Source: a virus (lineage: Duplodnaviria > Caudoviricetes). Taken from it: a DNA stretch of 34,847 nt. A program made the position numbers and the translations under genes. Of this stretch, positions 1 to 7,033 are shown piece after piece (the first letter of the stretch is position 1; every line of letters starts with the position of its first letter). The notes under the pieces are model-generated. The model worked only from the letters and a program-made list of their open reading frames with translations. It was not told the origin of the DNA and made no database searches. The DNA is taken from the IMG/VR virus record IMGVR_UViG_3300038673_000693, positions 1 through 34,847 of that record. The stretch is one strand, 5' to 3'.

Positions 1-365
1 CCGAAGGAACACCATTCACCGAAGGAACACCATTCACCGAAGGAACACCCTTTACCGAAGGAACACCCTTTACCGAAGGAACACCCTTCACCGAAGGAAC
101 ACCCTTCACCGAAGGTACACCCTTTACCGAAGGAACACCCTTCACCGAAGGAACACCCTTCACCGAAGGAACACCCTTCACCGAAGGTACACCTTTTACC
201 GAAGGAACATCTTTCACCGAAGGAACACCCTTTACCGAAGGAACACCCTTCACCGAAGGAACACCCTTCACCGAAGGTACACCCTTTACCGAAGGAACAC
301 CCTTCACCGAAGGAACACCCTTCACCGAAGGAACATTCTTCACCGAAGGAACATCTTTCACCGAA
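1..365. repeat. 18-bp tandem repeat, about 20 copies (consensus CCGAAGGAACACCCTTCA), coding
   Basis: Directly visible. The period of 18 equals 6 codons of the minus-strand ORF. Confidence 0.97.
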
Positions 366-458
366 TATTTTTATTTGTTTATAGTTTCCTGAAGGACATT
401 GTTTTATGTTATTAACAATTTCAAAATTATTAAATTCTTCCTGGCTATAAATTTTCAT
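1..458 (-). CDS. Hexapeptide-repeat protein (predicted left-handed beta-helix), truncated at the window edge; not in the ORF track
   Basis: ATG at 458 preceded by AAGGAG. Manual translation gives MKIYSQEEFNNFEIVNNIKQCPSGNYKQIKI followed by about 20 copies of FG[E/K][G/R/E/W]C[S/T], open to base 1. Confidence 0.85.
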   Translation of the reverse strand, partial: MKIYSQEEFNNFEIVNNIKQCPSGNYKQIKIFGERCSFGEECSFGEGCSFGEGCSFGKGCTFGEGCSFGEGCSFGKGCSFGERCSFGKRCTFGEGCSFGEGCSFGEGCSFGKGCTFGEGCSFGEGCSFGKGCSFGKGCSFGEWCSFGEWCSF

Positions 459-469
459 CTTTTTCTCCT

Positions 470-553
470 TTATAGAGGCATTATTTTAGTAGAAATCCAT
501 CCCATAAAAACACAGAAAGCGATTGCTATTATTACGTATACTACTGTATTCAT
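470..553 (-). CDS. 27-aa single-helix membrane peptide (MNTVVYVIIAIAFCVFMGWISTKIMPL)
   Basis: ATGA overlap with the stop of 550..1266. Its stop abuts the RBS of the next gene and it fills the gap exactly. Hydrophobic core. Confidence 0.6.
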   Translation of the reverse strand: MNTVVYVIIAIAFCVFMGWISTKIMPL

Positions 554-1266
554 GGTGTAAGTATCCTGAGTATTTCAGCAGTGATAAGCGGTATCATTAC
601 TTCATTGATTTCCTTATGCCATTGCGCCATCTTCTCCGGGTCTTGAGTGACAGGAGATGTTGTCAGATTGCATGAAGCCGGGCTTCTGTGTGTATACTCT
701 GCCATATCCTTTAGCAGATAGAACTGCTTGAATAACTCAGATAACTGCCATCCTTCAGCAGAAGAAAAACAGGTTTCAATAAGTCTCGGTGAATCGTAGA
801 CGTTGTGAATATATTCACCTTTACGAAAGCATTCTTTATCGTGGTCATAATATTCCTGATACCCAACCAGACCTGAAAAATGAGAATGAGACTCTATGTT
901 ACGGGCTTTTGAAGGGTTTAATTTATTAGTATAGGTTTCTATATATCCGAAGCCCCAGTACCATCCACAGTCCCATTTCGGTTCTTCCAGCCACATTAGT
1001 TTTCCTTCTACATCTTTACCAAGCAGAAAGATATTCTTTTCGAAAGCTCTTGAAGTTCTCTTTTCAAGCCTATATTTAGTTTTACTTTCATACAGAATAT
1101 CAGAAATTAAATCCTGTGTTTCTGTATCAAGAATAGAAACCTTTTTCAGGTCAATAGTCCTATTGTTGAAAGTGAAACGGGTTCCTGCTATTGTCACGAA
1201 CCCTTTCACCTTTTCACTGTAAAACCGTTGGTCTTTTAATCTTTCAAGTTCAAATGCTTTCAGCAT
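550..1266 (-). CDS. Hypothetical phage early protein (WDCGWYWGFGY motif)
   Basis: 238-aa ORF with GGAG RBS in operon context; function not recognised. Confidence 0.8.
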   Translation of the reverse strand: MLKAFELERLKDQRFYSEKVKGFVTIAGTRFTFNNRTIDLKKVSILDTETQDLISDILYESKTKYRLEKRTSRAFEKNIFLLGKDVEGKLMWLEEPKWDCGWYWGFGYIETYTNKLNPSKARNIESHSHFSGLVGYQEYYDHDKECFRKGEYIHNVYDSPRLIETCFSSAEGWQLSELFKQFYLLKDMAEYTHRSPASCNLTTSPVTQDPEKMAQWHKEINEVMIPLITAEILRILTP

Positions 1267-1279
1267 AATATTTCTCCAG

Positions 1280-1438
1280 TTATTTTATTATTTCTCTATC
1301 TGTCAGTTCAGTATAAGTTATCCTGCCTGTATCTGATGTAATTTCGTAATCTAAATCAGAAATCACATCATCAATGTCTTTATCTTCTGGTATTTCTATT
1401 TTAACTTTAATCGTTAATAATACAATTTTTTCTATCAT
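1280..1438 (-). CDS. 52-aa acidic hypothetical protein (MIEKIVLLTIKVKIEIPEDKDIDDVISDLDYEI...)
   Basis: Manual translation. AAGGAG RBS; tiles the gap between its neighbours. Confidence 0.75.
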   Translation of the reverse strand: MIEKIVLLTIKVKIEIPEDKDIDDVISDLDYEITSDTGRITYTELTDREIIK

Positions 1439-1450
1439 ACCGTTTCTCCT

Positions 1451-1630
1451 TTATTGTATAATGAAGGTAACCTGTTCTCCCGGTCTATATTCAGACATAG
1501 CAGCAAGTAAACTTCTTAATCCTTCTATCAGTCTTCTGTCTTCTTTTGTCTCTGCTTCATGCCTGAAAATCAGGTTCCGCTGTTTCAATAATGATTCCCT
1601 GTTAATATATTTCACTCTTTCTTCCGGCAT
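1451..1630 (-). CDS. 59-aa hypothetical protein (MPEERVKYINRESLLKQRNLIF...)
   Basis: Manual translation. AAGGAG RBS; tiles the gap. Confidence 0.75.
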   Translation of the reverse strand: MPEERVKYINRESLLKQRNLIFRHEAETKEDRRLIEGLRSLLAAMSEYRPGEQVTFIIQ

Positions 1631-1642
1631 ACTGTTTCTCCT

Positions 1643-2008
1643 TTAGTTAATCGAGAGATTATCAAACAGATTATACAGATGATCTTTTATCATCTTTCTG
1701 TTTTTCCCTGTTATCCTGATTGAATAGCCGTACTTCAGGCACGGTGTTATTATAACCTGATGCTCTGTCCACCCGTTATAATATCCGTTTTCATCCATGT
1801 GATGAAAAGCGGTATCAATGACAATCTTCTGCGGTTTACTAAGTTTCATGTTCACAGAAGCCCCGTTATCAACTCCTGAACCATACGGAAGCTGTTTTTC
1901 AAGTGTCTTTATCTTATCTTCTGCCTGTCCTTTAAAATCTTCAGTGGTATCATTATACCACTGAATCGCCTGAGCAAGTTGTGAATAGAATCTTTTTGTT
2001 CCTTCCAT
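1643..2008 (-). CDS. Hypothetical phage protein (LPYGSGVD ... FHHMDENGYY)
   Basis: 121-aa ORF with AGGAG RBS in operon context. Confidence 0.8.
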   Translation of the reverse strand: MEGTKRFYSQLAQAIQWYNDTTEDFKGQAEDKIKTLEKQLPYGSGVDNGASVNMKLSKPQKIVIDTAFHHMDENGYYNGWTEHQVIITPCLKYGYSIRITGKNRKMIKDHLYNLFDNLSIN

Positions 2009-2021
2009 ATCGTTTCTCCTG

Positions 2022-2657
2022 TTATATCATTAACGGTTCACGTTTATCAAGGGGAACCCGGTGCTTAATCCATACCTTTAGTTTCTTCAGGTGTTCTTTA
2101 ATATCATTTCTGATAATTGCCTTAGCAACAGATACTCCTTCCTCTAAAGCATATTTAGATTCACCATTGAACCCCCAACATGATTCTATTGTCTCACCTT
2201 TTTCATCTTCAACTATATAACCGTATACTTCACCAGTGAGATAGTTATCATATTCCTCAACCTCACCATTAAGCAGGGCTTCCAGGCTCTCTTTAGCTTT
2301 TTTTGTCATTTTCTTGAAACCAAATTCTTTCAGGAACCTGTCACGTTCAACAAAGATATAACCTATCTGACCTGAATCCCAGGGGCAGGAGAAAGGACCT
2401 GTGCTTATTGTTATACCGCTGTGGTCATACAGATACAAAGGTTTCCAGAAAACAGTTTTCCTGTTTTCAGAAAGATACTCCCTGATACTTTCAGGAGTAA
2501 ACCCGTGATTCCTGTCACCGAGATTATACATTCTATGAAAGCATACCATAGTACAGAGATTATCATACTCTTCTCGCGGATTCATAGGGTCATCATCCTG
2601 AACCACTTTTACTGTATATTTACCAACTTTTTGTTTTTCATAAATGTATTCACTCAT
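2022..2657 (-). CDS. Hypothetical phage/mobile-element protein (NPRE-DNL ... LYLYDHSG ... WDSGQIG ... SCWGF)
   Basis: 211-aa ORF with AGGAG RBS. The motif pattern resembles a family I recall from phage early regions and ICEs; function unknown. Confidence 0.8.
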   Translation of the reverse strand: MSEYIYEKQKVGKYTVKVVQDDDPMNPREEYDNLCTMVCFHRMYNLGDRNHGFTPESIREYLSENRKTVFWKPLYLYDHSGITISTGPFSCPWDSGQIGYIFVERDRFLKEFGFKKMTKKAKESLEALLNGEVEEYDNYLTGEVYGYIVEDEKGETIESCWGFNGESKYALEEGVSVAKAIIRNDIKEHLKKLKVWIKHRVPLDKREPLMI

Positions 2658-3060
2658 GGTAATTTTCTCCTGTTAAAATTTTATACCTTCTTTTAGCAGA
2701 CCGTACTATTTTCTTTGCTGCTATTTCTCTTACATACCGGTCATCTGATTCATACCATATATTATAAGCAGAACCGTTATAATTGAATCCGCATATACTG
2801 TTATCTTTCAGACAGCAGTTAAAAAACCGGCATACCTTTTTGCCTGTTAATTGATTATATTTTTCTTCTGCTTTTTTAGAAATACAAAAGTAATACTCGC
2901 ATAAAAAGCAGCCACAAAGGATAGGAATATATTGACTTCCAAAATATTGTTCTTTTGTTCTGTCCCCGTTCTCAGCAAGAAAAGACCATAACTTTATAGT
3001 CTCAATTACAATTTCTATCTCTGTCCAGTCTTTTGCTGCTTTATTTAATAGCTCTATCAT
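2650..3060 (-). CDS. Cys-rich hypothetical protein (CFLCEYY)
   Basis: 136-aa ORF with AGGAG RBS and an 8-bp overlap with the next gene. Confidence 0.75.
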   Translation of the reverse strand: MIELLNKAAKDWTEIEIVIETIKLWSFLAENGDRTKEQYFGSQYIPILCGCFLCEYYFCISKKAEEKYNQLTGKKVCRFFNCCLKDNSICGFNYNGSAYNIWYESDDRYVREIAAKKIVRSAKRRYKILTGENYHE

Positions 3061-3074
3061 ATCAGTTCTCCTGT

Positions 3075-3557
3075 CTAATCAATATACCCGTTCTCTTTCA
3101 TACTGTAGTAATTACCATAATTATCATTGAAACCAACTATGATATGGTCAACCAACTGAATCCCGATAACCTTACCGGCTTCAACAAGTCTTTTTGTTGT
3201 CTCTATATCCTGTCTTGACGGCAGGTTGCTTCCTGACGGGTGATTATGTGCAACAATTACCCCGGATGCCTTGGTCATTATAGCAGGAAGAAACACTTCA
3301 CGCGGGTGAACGATTGCCTCTGTTATCGTACCGACCGATATGACCGAGTAACTGACTATCTCATTCTTATTACCAATACACAGGAGTATAAAACTCTCTC
3401 TTGCATCGTTTCCTATTTTTTCCTGGACGAAAGCAGATACTCTTTCAGGGTTATCAACTTTAATCCTTTCTGTGTCCAGAGGTTTAAACTGAATCACAAC
3501 CTCTCTTATCATTGAATGAATGTCTTTTTTAATTGCTGTGATTGATTTCTTTTTCAT
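3075..3557 (-). CDS. radC: RadC-family JAB/MPN domain protein
   Basis: Motifs E..., VHPREVF, AHNHPSG-x4-SRQD, LVDHIIVG. Start moved from 3596 to the ATG at 3557, which follows AGGAG. Confidence 0.93.
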   Translation of the reverse strand: MKKKSITAIKKDIHSMIREVVIQFKPLDTERIKVDNPERVSAFVQEKIGNDARESFILLCIGNKNEIVSYSVISVGTITEAIVHPREVFLPAIMTKASGVIVAHNHPSGSNLPSRQDIETTKRLVEAGKVIGIQLVDHIIVGFNDNYGNYYSMKENGYID

Positions 3558-3570
3558 AACATAACTCCTG

Positions 3571-3729
3571 TTATATTTCTGTTTCTTTGAACTCAATTAT
3601 TTTGAGTTTACGGAACTCTACCGCGTAACCATTATTAATATATATTATTTCAACCTGTCTTTTGTGCTTGCTGTTATCAATGAACTTCTGCATTGCTTCT
3701 TTAGTTTTGAACTCTTTAGTCTGCCACAT
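3571..3729 (-). CDS. 52-aa hypothetical protein (MWQTKEFKTKEAMQKFID...)
   Basis: Manual translation. AGGAGG RBS; tiles the gap. Confidence 0.8.
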   Translation of the reverse strand: MWQTKEFKTKEAMQKFIDNSKHKRQVEIIYINNGYAVEFRKLKIIEFKETEI

Positions 3730-3742
3730 ACCCGGCCTCCTG

Positions 3743-4012
3743 TTAAAATGTTATATCGAGAATAATGTCACCTTCTTTTGTTTTGATATAGAAGGTTCCT
3801 GAATTACTGAAGTTATGAAGATACACACGGCATAGTTTATTATTGCGTTGTATCATATATTCAGTCTTCAGGTTTTTTCCATATCCTGTGGAGGTTTGCA
3901 TCAGATTCTTTTTATGAAACCATAAAGGCTTTTCAATAAGCTCTGACCTGTCAACCAATAACACTTTATACAGTTTACCGGTCTGACTGTTTATTCTTTC
4001 AACCAGTTCCAT
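3743..4012 (-). CDS. Hypothetical protein, first gene of the leftward operon
   Basis: 89-aa ORF with GGAGG RBS. Confidence 0.8.
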   Translation of the reverse strand: MELVERINSQTGKLYKVLLVDRSELIEKPLWFHKKNLMQTSTGYGKNLKTEYMIQRNNKLCRVYLHNFSNSGTFYIKTKEGDIILDITF

Positions 4013-4070
4013 AGATGCCTCCGATAATCGGTGTTTTTATTAAAATTTTAGTATATATACAAAATAGAAT

Positions 4071-4644
4071 TGTAAGGCAGAAAAACACTTTCCTCCGTTC
4101 CGGAATTTTCAGAATTTTTTAAAATCCAGCGGACATGCGTTTTTTTCTGTCTATTTAATTTTTTATAAGGGGAATTTGGTGCTTTTATGAGGTAATTGAA
4201 TATAATCATTTTTCTGTTTTACTGTCAACAAAAAAATTTAGGAGACTAATAAAAAGTTAAGCCTAACACCTGTTATAGTATTATGATATTCATCTTATAA
4301 CAAGTGTTATGTTGAATCAATACTATCAGGTTACCTGTTAAATAGTTACCTGTTACACCGAGTCACCTGTTAGATAGTTACCTGTTACATCGAGTTACCT
4401 GTTAGATATAATTAGTATCATCGGGTTACCTGTAAGATAGTTACCTGTTTTAATCAATAACACCGGGTTACCTATTAGATAGTTATCTTTTACACCGAGT
4501 CACCTGTTAGATAGTTACCTGTCCAAATTTTACCTGTGAGATTTTAATATGCAAAAATTTATAGACATTTAAAAACGCTTGTTTTCTGATTTTGAAAAAA
4601 ACTATAAAAAACGGGAACGGAGGAAAACATTTTTCTGCCTTACA
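4071..4644. repeat. 31-bp inverted repeat pair (4071-4101 and 4614-4644; 28/31 identical)
   Basis: TGTAAGGCAGAAAAA-cac-TTTCCTCCGTTCC versus the reverse complement of the second copy, TGTAAGGCAGAAAAA-tgt-TTTCCTCCGTTCC. Confidence 0.92.
4329..4540. repeat. Iteron-like array, about 12 copies of GTTACCTGTTA arranged in ~32-bp dimer units
   Basis: Unit CACCGAGTCACCTGTTAGATAGTTACCTGTTA repeated with variation. Confidence 0.9.
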
Positions 4645-4650
4645 GATTTA

Positions 4651-4716
4651 CCACCTAACACCTAACAGGTAACCACCTAACACCTAACAGGTAACCACCT
4701 AACACCTAACAGGTAA
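4651..4716. repeat. Three exact 22-bp tandem repeats, CCACCTAACACCTAACAGGTAA
   Basis: Exact copies at 4651, 4673 and 4695. They carry the GTTACCTGTTA core in reverse orientation. Confidence 0.95.
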
Positions 4717-4724
4717 CCGAGGGA

Positions 4725-4841
4725 CCCCGCAAATATCTTTTCCTGTTACCTGTCCCCCGCAAATATCTTTTCCTGTTACCTGTCCCCCGTACGCTATCTA
4801 TTCCTGTCCTGTGCTGCCTGTCCTGTGCTGCCTGTCCTGTG
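4725..4841. repeat. Two exact 30-bp repeats followed by about three 14-bp CCTGTCCTGTGCTG repeats
   Basis: 30-bp copies at 4725 and 4755; 14-bp copies at 4803, 4817 and 4831 (partial). Confidence 0.93.
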
Positions 4842-4848
4842 TCACCGG

Positions 4849-5259
4849 TCAGTGTTTGACCGGTTTGAATGCCCATCCATCTGATTCTTTGCTGTCAAGT
4901 CTGAATCCTATCTTGCGCTTATCAGCAGTTTTGAGGTAGTGATACAGACATTCTTCTTCAGGTGGTGTTGTTATCGGTCTGATACCGTCCTTAATCTTTC
5001 CGTTATCATTATCTGCATACTCTCTTGTTGGTCCGAAATTATCCCATACAGTACTTATTGGATAACTATCTAACAGGGACACAGGTGTACCGAGTTCGCT
5101 GGATACAGGTCTATTGTCATTTTTCTTTTCAAGTGCCAGGTATTCAGGCAGATGATTCAGATCATTGCAATTCATCAGATGATACAGCAGCAGTCTATCT
5201 GATTCTGATTCAGGTATGAAGCATGTAGTACCGGTCACATCGTCAATCAATGTACGCAT
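4849..5259 (-). CDS. Hypothetical protein (orphan)
   Basis: 136-aa ORF with GAGGTG RBS and a candidate upstream promoter. Confidence 0.75.
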   Translation of the reverse strand: MRTLIDDVTGTTCFIPESESDRLLLYHLMNCNDLNHLPEYLALEKKNDNRPVSSELGTPVSLLDSYPISTVWDNFGPTREYADNDNGKIKDGIRPITTPPEEECLYHYLKTADKRKIGFRLDSKESDGWAFKPVKH

Positions 5260-5414
5260 ATTATGTCACCTCTATCATTATTTTATTTTAATTTGTATAT
5301 AATACAAATTTGAATATAGATTTATATAGTCTCTTCTATATATAGAAAAATACAGTATATAACATATATAGTATAGTGATAATATACTATATATGATAAT
5401 ATACATATATTGAT

Positions 5415-5443
5415 ATTATGTTTAGAAAAATTTGTGCGTTCAA
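5415..5443 (-). promoter_or_regulatory. Candidate sigma70-type leftward promoter TTGAAC-17-CATAAT
   Basis: Near-consensus boxes with 17-bp spacing; A-tracts upstream. Confidence 0.5.
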
Positions 5444-5549
5444 TTATTACAACAAAAAACGTAAAAACGTAAACCAAAAAATTTTTGAATTTTTTTAAAA
5501 GTTTAAAAATTTTTTGGTTTATGTTTTTACGTTTTTTGTTGTAATAATT
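5442..5549. repeat. 108-bp palindrome (53-bp arms, 2-nt centre, 3 mismatches)
   Basis: 5442 pairs with 5549. The only mismatches are 5469/5522, 5487/5504 and 5490/5501. Confidence 0.95.
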
Positions 5550-5598
5550 ATAAGCATAAAAAAATTCTGAAATTTTTTAAAATATTTCAAAATATTAA

Positions 5599-5627
5599 TT
5601 GACGATTTATTACAAATAAATTAAGTT
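5599..5627 (+). promoter_or_regulatory. Candidate sigma70-type rightward promoter TTGACG-17-TAAGTT
   Basis: Near-consensus boxes ending 24 bp upstream of the ATG at 5651. Confidence 0.55.
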
Positions 5628-5650
5628 GTTTTAATGAGTGAGGCGACAAA

Positions 5651-5803
5651 ATGAAACTAACTACTAATAACAGCGACCGAAACAAATTAGAGCAAGCAAG
5701 CATTAAAGCAAAAAGACTTTGTGAACTTTATAAATGCTCATTGATTGACTTGATGGTAATGTCAATGCAGATACAAGCACAAAACAAAAAAGCACAAAAT
5801 TAA
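5651..5803 (+). CDS. 50-aa hypothetical protein (MKLTTNNSDRNKLEQASIKAKRLCELY...)
   Basis: Manual translation. GAGG RBS directly after the candidate promoter. Confidence 0.6.
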   Translation: MKLTTNNSDRNKLEQASIKAKRLCELYKCSLIDLMVMSMQIQAQNKKAQN

Positions 5804-5828
5804 AATAATAATAAAGGAAGGTTCCAAA

Positions 5829-6059
5829 ATGACTAAAGAAACAAAAAAAACAGTTAAAGAAGTAAAAGAAGAAAAACCATTAAAAGTTATGATTGAATTT
5901 CCGGACGGTTCAACTACTACTCAGGAACTTTTTTTGAGGCAGTTTCAGCCAAATATCGATAAGGGCTTCCATAATAGCGGCTACCAATGTAAAATTGCTT
6001 CCGGTTATTATACCGGATCAATTATGATAATTGACTTATTAAAGCAAGTTAAACTGTAA
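5829..6059 (+). CDS. Hypothetical protein
   Basis: 76-aa ORF with AGGAAGG RBS. Confidence 0.75.
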   Translation: MTKETKKTVKEVKEEKPLKVMIEFPDGSTTTQELFLRQFQPNIDKGFHNSGYQCKIASGYYTGSIMIIDLLKQVKL

Positions 6060-6069
6060 TCTTATGTTA

Positions 6070-6093
6070 TGCCGTATAGTTAACTATACGGCA
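6070..6093. other. Perfect 24-bp palindrome TGCCGTATAGTTAACTATACGGCA (hairpin or operator)
   Basis: Intergenic and directly visible. The stem extends imperfectly (TTATGT/ACATAA); only a weak U-tract follows. Confidence 0.7.
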
Positions 6094-6127
6094 CTACATA
6101 ACTTTATAAAATAGGAGCATAAACAAA

Positions 6128-6619
6128 ATGGGCGAAATATTTGACAAAAGACTAAAAGAAGTTAGCAATATGAAAACTTATTCAAAACGTAAACAGCGGG
6201 CGCTTGACGATCTGGCGACCGCTTATTTACAAGACGGTAAACCTCTTGATGAAGGATTACATGAGGTTAACAAAATTAAAAAATCACTCAGAGCGACCGG
6301 CTATAGTCAACAAGAAATAGAGGATTTTTTAATTGAGCGTAGTTATATTGGTAAAACATCACTAAGAAAATATTACCACGAATCAATCTATAATGAAGAT
6401 TATTCACTGAAAAAGGTTGTTGAGTGCGTTCCGGCGTTTCATACTGATAAAAATCTAACTGATTTAATTATTGAAGAAATAAAAAGCAGACCTAAATTAT
6501 TGAGATCTTTAAAAAATAATGCAAGTAAACAATATTTATCACAAAAATTAAACATAAATCAACCGGCTTTACTAAAAGATTTTTATGCTGCTAATAAAGA
6601 CATAATAGACATAGACTAA
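6128..6619 (+). CDS. Hypothetical protein
   Basis: 163-aa ORF with AGGAG RBS. Confidence 0.8.
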   Translation: MGEIFDKRLKEVSNMKTYSKRKQRALDDLATAYLQDGKPLDEGLHEVNKIKKSLRATGYSQQEIEDFLIERSYIGKTSLRKYYHESIYNEDYSLKKVVECVPAFHTDKNLTDLIIEEIKSRPKLLRSLKNNASKQYLSQKLNINQPALLKDFYAANKDIIDID

Positions 6620-6884
6620 TCGGTCAATTGGTTGACCAGTTTTCCTGCTGGTATTTTTACCCAGGAAAATTTTTTGCCTGGGAAACCGTTGGTGACGCGG
6701 GAAACGGGGAAAAATGATATGGTCAAACAAAGTTCCTTAATTTTATAATAAATTCTATAATCTTAATTTACCACGCTCCCAGGGGAACTGGCAGACTGGC
6801 AGCCTGATGTTCGGTGTCAACAGGAGACATAATAACCGGGTCACTTTTTCACTTGACAAAATATTGAATATATTACATTGTCTA

Positions 6885-6983
6885 CAGGAATCATCACACA
6901 CGACTTCTTCATACCTAACTCTTGTGTAAGTTGACTAAGCTATTTGCCACTTAAACCTTCCTCAGCCCGAGGAAGGTTTTTTT
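6885..6983 (+). ncRNA. Candidate ~100-nt small RNA (5' end approximate)
   Basis: TTGACA at 6853 upstream, strong intrinsic terminator at the 3' end, and no plus-strand gene between them. The -10 box is weak. Confidence 0.35.
6953..6983 (+). terminator. Rho-independent terminator
   Basis: AAACCTTCCTC-agccc-GAGGAAGGTTT followed by a T-run. Confidence 0.85.
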
Positions 6984-7033
6984 CTTGACTTTTATGTCTC
7001 CTTGCTTTCTTCTTTGAATTTGAGAGGTAGATA

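Noticed and set aside
1-365. CRISPR array
   Set aside because: Units are contiguous 18-mers with no unique spacers, and they encode a hexapeptide repeat.
1374-3515. Plus-strand ORFs over the early operon (1374, 1981, 2421, 3033, 3240)
   Set aside because: Antisense shadows; the minus strand is fully tiled by genes with strong RBSs.
4329-4841. CRISPR or mini-CRISPR array
   Set aside because: The sequences between cores are short and themselves repeated; no spacer-length unique segments and no cas genes in the window.
6840-6912. 23-aa minus-strand ORF (MKKSCVMIPVD...)
   Set aside because: Weak RBS, very short, and overlaps the plus-strand TTGACA box; kept only as an alternative reading of the small RNA candidate.
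6620-7030. tRNA gene
   Set aside because: No cloverleaf or T-arm GTTCGA pattern seen by eye.
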